Shown here: positions 62,232-64,000 of the stretch, piece by piece
How positions within the stretch are numbered: the stretch's first letter is position 1
How the letters are laid out: each line of letters begins with the position of its first letter
Origin: Trichoplax sp. H2
Lineage: Eukaryota
DNA: 64,000 nucleotides
NCBI GenBank assembly: GCA_003344405.1
Contig: NOWV01000032.1
Span: forward strand, 1 to 64,000
Reading direction: 5' to 3'
Translations under genes and position numbers: made by a program
Notes under the pieces: generated by a model
The model's database searches: none
What the model saw: the letters and a program-made list of their open reading frames with translations, nothing else
Told to the model about the DNA's origin: nothing

Positions 62232-64000
62232 TCAATCTACTTTACTCATTTTTTCACGAACACCCTTTGATGATGGCTTAATTAAACTTAGCGTTATCAT
62301 TATTATTGAAAAAATGTGACCCCAATAATATAAAGAACCACTCACGGTTACTGTATTATCTATATCAAGAAAAATAAATCCTAAGCTGCTATATTCATAC
62401 AATCTAATAGCGACAAAATTGGCTACAAAATGAAAGGCTTTGGAGCTGAAGGAACCACGAAAGTATGGCGAAAAAAAGGATAAAAAGCGATCTTGCCCAA
62501 GAGTACATAATAGAGTTGTCATAAAACTAAAGTAATAACCAGCACGAATTCCATGCCAAAACGCACTAACGATAAAGAGTAAAACCAACCTGCAATTGAT
62601 ATTAATAAGAACGTCAGTGTACAGTATATTTAAAAAAGCATGAAAATAATCTTTCATGTTTGTACTAATGTTTTGCAAAGCAAATATAGTTTTTATCTAT
62701 TGTAGTATACCGTATTCTCACTATATTCTTGCTATCTTTGAATTAACTAATACAACCCATAGCGAAATAGATTTTTAAAACATACCTGATAATATCGGGT
62801 AAACCTCGCAACCAATAACGGTAAATAAATGCAGATAACCACCACTGAACTGTCATATTCCAATAACGCATGGCTGGTCTTAATGTTGTTCCGGTTTCAA
62901 TTTGGTAAATATCAAGATTGTAGACTGTTTCAAAATTATATAGATCATTCTTACTGGTATTATCATCCAATGCAATCGTTGGACCAGCACCAGGACGAGG
63001 TTTAGTAGCCTCAGGATAAGCTCCTAATGTTGCTATGACACAAGCACTTTCAGCTAGTGCCCAACCGATATAAAATCGAAATCGAAATGCAATAAAATGA
63101 ACTAACACATAAAATAATTTATCAAAGATAGTGCTATTATAAAATTCTTCCGATATGATATAAGCTGATCGATAGTTGCCAAGAGATAGTGAGATACCCA
63201 CCAAGATAGGTACCCAACGCAATCTCTTCATTGCTGGCCACAGTACCTCAATCTGTCCTGCGTTTGGATTATCGATCATATCTTTGTAAACACGATATTG
63301 GAAATAAGGACCAGACAATAATCCACAATAGCAATATCCATATGATAAAAAATCGAACAATGAAGGTAAGGATTTGATGGGTAATCCAGGCAACTTGTTT
63401 ACAACCACTGATTCAGTTTTCCTCAAGTGCCAAAAGTGCACATCAAACGCTATACTAGCCATCTACAGCAAAATATATTGTAATTATTGGCAATTTAAGA
63501 ACACATTCTTTAGAATTGCAAATTAAATTTTTAGAATTTTATAACACCAGTTCAGTATAATTAGAATGCCACGCTAACATAGTACCAACGTATCGTTACA
63601 AATTTAAAATCACATCCATTTTACGCTTATGTCGGCATTTACTATTAGCAATTTTTTAACTGTGACGTAGCGGCATTATTACAGAGGATAACACGGCTGA
63701 CGATATATTTATTGGTATATACAGTACTGTAAAACGAGAACTGTTATACATTTTTGAAATTGAAGTACAATACCAGTCTATACACACTACTTTAGTTAGT
63801 TATCTGAAGATAAATAAATCAAGGAAGATTACCAACCGGAATAACGAATAAACGATATGCTCAATGTTGCTAGTATTGTACGGTATGATAACACTTGGCC
63901 AAGGACCTTTGAGCAGTCCCTGTCTCGGCTAATGCTATTGCCTTTTGGCACAAGCTGATTTGCCAACCGTACCTTAATTGTCAGTATTAGCTGTATGGCG
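62232..64000 (-). CDS. MBOAT7: Lysophosphatidylinositol acyltransferase MBOAT7, 3' part (exons 63973-64000 partial, 62786-63462, 62232-62589)
   Basis: AIQLILTIK|MASIAFD; SYGYCYCGLLSGPYFQYR; RFRFYIGWALAESACV; MRYWNMTVQWWL; SAFWHG catalytic His. The 5' end lies outside the window. Confidence 0.92.

Overview
AT-rich, gene-dense eukaryotic (metazoan) genomic DNA with many short spliceosomal introns. The compact architecture and composition resemble a placozoan such as Trichoplax (inference only). Gene order: probable 5' end of an unidentified minus-strand gene at the left edge; cold-shock-domain gene CARHSP1/CSDC2 (+); axonemal dynein heavy chain DNAH3 (-); FBXW10/CDRT1-like F-box/WD40 gene (+); TBCD (-); a divergent C-terminal-half TBCD paralogue (+); MAP2K4 (+); BRAT1 (-); tRNA-Gly(GCC) (+); 3' part of MBOAT7 (-). 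Most notable: (1) an apparently intact, truncated TBCD paralogue head-to-head with TBCD; (2) two apparent promoter classes, with TACAGT/ACTGTA clusters at broadly expressed genes and RFX X-boxes between DNAH3 and FBXW10; (3) a single 8.3-kb exon covering most of the DNAH3 motor domain; (4) a U12-type-looking intron and a GC-AG intron in DNAH3; (5) paired AP-1 sites and a CRE upstream of MAP2K4; (6) a candidate solo LTR and several small tandem duplications. Exon boundaries were read by eye and some are approximate. No database searches were run.
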